Below the pieces are notes generated by a model. The model made no database searches. It was not told where the DNA came from and saw only the letters and a program-made list of their open reading frames with translations. A DNA stretch of 27,447 nt, from positions 1 through 27,447 of the forward strand of contig VBHW01000035.1 of NCBI GenBank assembly GCA_005881055.1. The letters run 5' to 3'. Origin of the DNA: Chloroflexota bacterium. Lineage in GTDB: Bacteria > Chloroflexota > Limnocylindria > Limnocylindrales > CSP1-4. How positions within the stretch are numbered: position 1 is the stretch's first letter; every line of letters starts with the position of its first letter. A program made the position numbers and the translations under genes. This document shows, one piece after another, positions 25,901 through 27,447 of this stretch.

Positions 25901-25921
25901 CCTGCTCCGAGACGGACCCGG

Positions 25922-26251
25922 TCACAGGCGTTCGAAGCGCTCGACCGGCAGGACGAAGACCGTCGCCCCGCCGACCTCGACCTCGAGCGGGTAGGGCATG
26001 AAGAACTCGCCCGGCTCCATGATCGGCGGCATCGGGCTGACGACCTGCGTCCGCGACTTGCAGTTCGCCGCGATGATCTCGATCACCTCGTCGACCGCTG
26101 CCTCCTCGACGCCGAGGATGATCGTTGCGTTCGACTGCTTGAGGAATCCGCCCGAGGAGTGGAGGCGGGTCGCCCGATACTCCTTCTCGAGGAGAGCGTC
26201 GACCAGCGCGCCGGCATCTTCGTTGTTGACGACGGCGACCACCAGCCTCAC
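25922..26251 (-). CDS. darA: Cyclic-di-AMP receptor, PII-like (DarA/PstA, DUF970)
   Basis: MRLVVAVVNNEDA, TRLHSSGGFLKQSNATIILGV and EVEVGGATVFVLPVERF are the family signature (TKLxxxGGFL...NxT...GGATVFV). Confidence 0.93.
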   Translation of the reverse strand: MRLVVAVVNNEDAGALVDALLEKEYRATRLHSSGGFLKQSNATIILGVEEAAVDEVIEIIAANCKSRTQVVSPMPPIMEPGEFFMPYPLEVEVGGATVFVLPVERFERL

Positions 26252-26258
26252 GCGGCCG

Positions 26259-26264
26259 AGTATA
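26259..26264 (-). promoter_or_regulatory. Candidate -10 box (TATACT), leaderless arrangement for darA
   Basis: TATACT-cggccgc-GTG(26251), with no SD. Confidence 0.6.
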
Positions 26265-26370
26265 GGCGACGTCCCCGCCGCTCAGGCACGTTCGGGCTCG
26301 ATGGGACGGGGTACTCTTGCGCGGTCCGGACGTGCCCTGATGCCGTTCCGACCCCGCGCGAGGAGGAGGC

Positions 26371-27399
26371 GTGACACACGACCCGGGAGGGGCTCTCGCG
26401 ACGCCGCTGGCCGTCCTCGTCGAGATCACCGGCGCGCTCGCCGACGAGGACGGCATCGACCCGACCCTCGACCGCATCCTGACGACCGCGACGCGGGCGG
26501 CAGGCGCATCGGTCGGTGCGGTGTATCTCCAGGACCCCGACACCGGGACGCTGTCGCTCGGACCGACGACCGGACTCGACGACAAGCGCCGATCGGCCGT
26601 GGAGGGCGCGCTCGCCGAGGACGACGACGCCGTCGCCTCCGTGGCCCGCGACCGAACGGCTCGGTCGACGACGACCGGTGCCTTCGTCAGCGCATGCGAC
26701 ATCGCCGCCGCACGGATCTCGCCGATCGCCGTCCGGCGTGGAGGCGTCGACGAGCCGCTCGGGGTCCTTGCGATCGGCTGGCAGGACGAGCACGCGGTCG
26801 CCGACGAGGCGCCCGAACTCCTTGATGCGTGCGCCGCGGCCATCGGCGTGGCAATCGATCGAGGCCGGCTCGCCTCGCTCGTCGCGGAGCGCTCGGACTG
26901 GTATGAGCGAGTGGCCCACACCGATCCCCTGACCGGGCTCGCGAACCAACGCACGTTCGCGCGGGTCCTCGAGCTCGAGCTGGCACGCGCGGGTCGGCAG
27001 GGCAGCGAGGTGTCGCTGGCGATCTTCGACGTCGACGACTTCGCGGCCACGAACGAGGCGGCCGGCCGAGAGGCTGGCGACGACGTGCTGCGCGCCGTGG
27101 CGTCCGTGCTCGCGGAGACCGTCCGGCTCGTCGACACGGTCGCGCGGTATGGCGGCGACGAGTTCGTCGTGATCGCGCCCGGCCCCGCCGGGATGGCCGT
27201 CGCGCGGCGCGTGCTCGAGGGGGCGGCCACGCTGCAGCCGGTCGCCGGCCGACCCGTGACGATCTCGGCAGGCGTGGCGCGGTTCCCGGTCGACGGCACG
27301 AACGGCGACGAGCTGCTCGCGTCTGCGGAGGGGGCGCTCGGCAAGGCACGGGCGTCGGGCCACGGCGCCATCGCGTCGGCATCGCCGGGCAGCGACTGA
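26371..27399 (+). CDS. GAF-GGDEF protein (diguanylate cyclase family)
   Basis: GGAGGAGG SD and a GTG start. An N-terminal GAF-like region is followed by HTDPLTGLANQR, DVDDF and RLVD-TVARY-GGDEF (RxxD I-site and intact GGDEF at 27151-27165). Confidence 0.93.
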   Translation: MTHDPGGALATPLAVLVEITGALADEDGIDPTLDRILTTATRAAGASVGAVYLQDPDTGTLSLGPTTGLDDKRRSAVEGALAEDDDAVASVARDRTARSTTTGAFVSACDIAAARISPIAVRRGGVDEPLGVLAIGWQDEHAVADEAPELLDACAAAIGVAIDRGRLASLVAERSDWYERVAHTDPLTGLANQRTFARVLELELARAGRQGSEVSLAIFDVDDFAATNEAAGREAGDDVLRAVASVLAETVRLVDTVARYGGDEFVVIAPGPAGMAVARRVLEGAATLQPVAGRPVTISAGVARFPVDGTNGDELLASAEGALGKARASGHGAIASASPGSD

Positions 27400-27447
27400 C
27401 CGCAAACCTGGCTGACGGAACTACCTAGGAGGACGCGGCTCCCGCCG

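Noticed and set aside
7-27405. Numerous long Arg/Pro/Ala-rich ORFs in the six-frame track (e.g. 1636..3042+, 5946..7655+, 13287..15230+, 15573..17357+, 25887..27371-)
   Set aside because: They overlap well-supported genes antisense or out of frame and have no recognisable motifs. Long stop-free shadow frames are expected at this GC content.

Overview
Very GC-rich bacterial chromosomal window with nearly all genes on the minus strand. The gene content (GuaB3, UPF0182, DarA/PstA, radC-mreBC) suggests a monoderm lineage, possibly Chloroflexota/Limnocylindria-like; this is inference, not a search result. In transcription order (right to left) the genes are: c-di-AMP receptor DarA, an MFS transporter, a DinB-family protein, a NudB-like NUDIX interrupted by an in-frame TAG, and GuaB3. 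Next come a 36-codon membrane micro-ORF, an 11-bp tandem array and a frameshifted plus-strand ppk2. These are followed by GuaA with a long N-terminal extension, then a block of uncharacterised genes (three Zn-ribbon proteins, UPF0182, a membrane protein, a CPBP protease). The left part holds radC, a small Pro/Thr-rich membrane protein, mreB-mreC without mreD, rfbA-B-D-C, a secreted protein with a clan CD-like His/Cys dyad, a VOC gene remnant and the start of another secreted protein. A GAF-GGDEF gene is divergent from darA at the right end. No CRISPR array, tRNA, rRNA or transposase was seen. Most long ORFs in the supplied track are GC-driven shadow ORFs. Several intergenic gaps hold long inverted-repeat or structured elements. 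Several genes have a TAnnnT box 6-7 nt before the start codon, suggesting leaderless transcripts.
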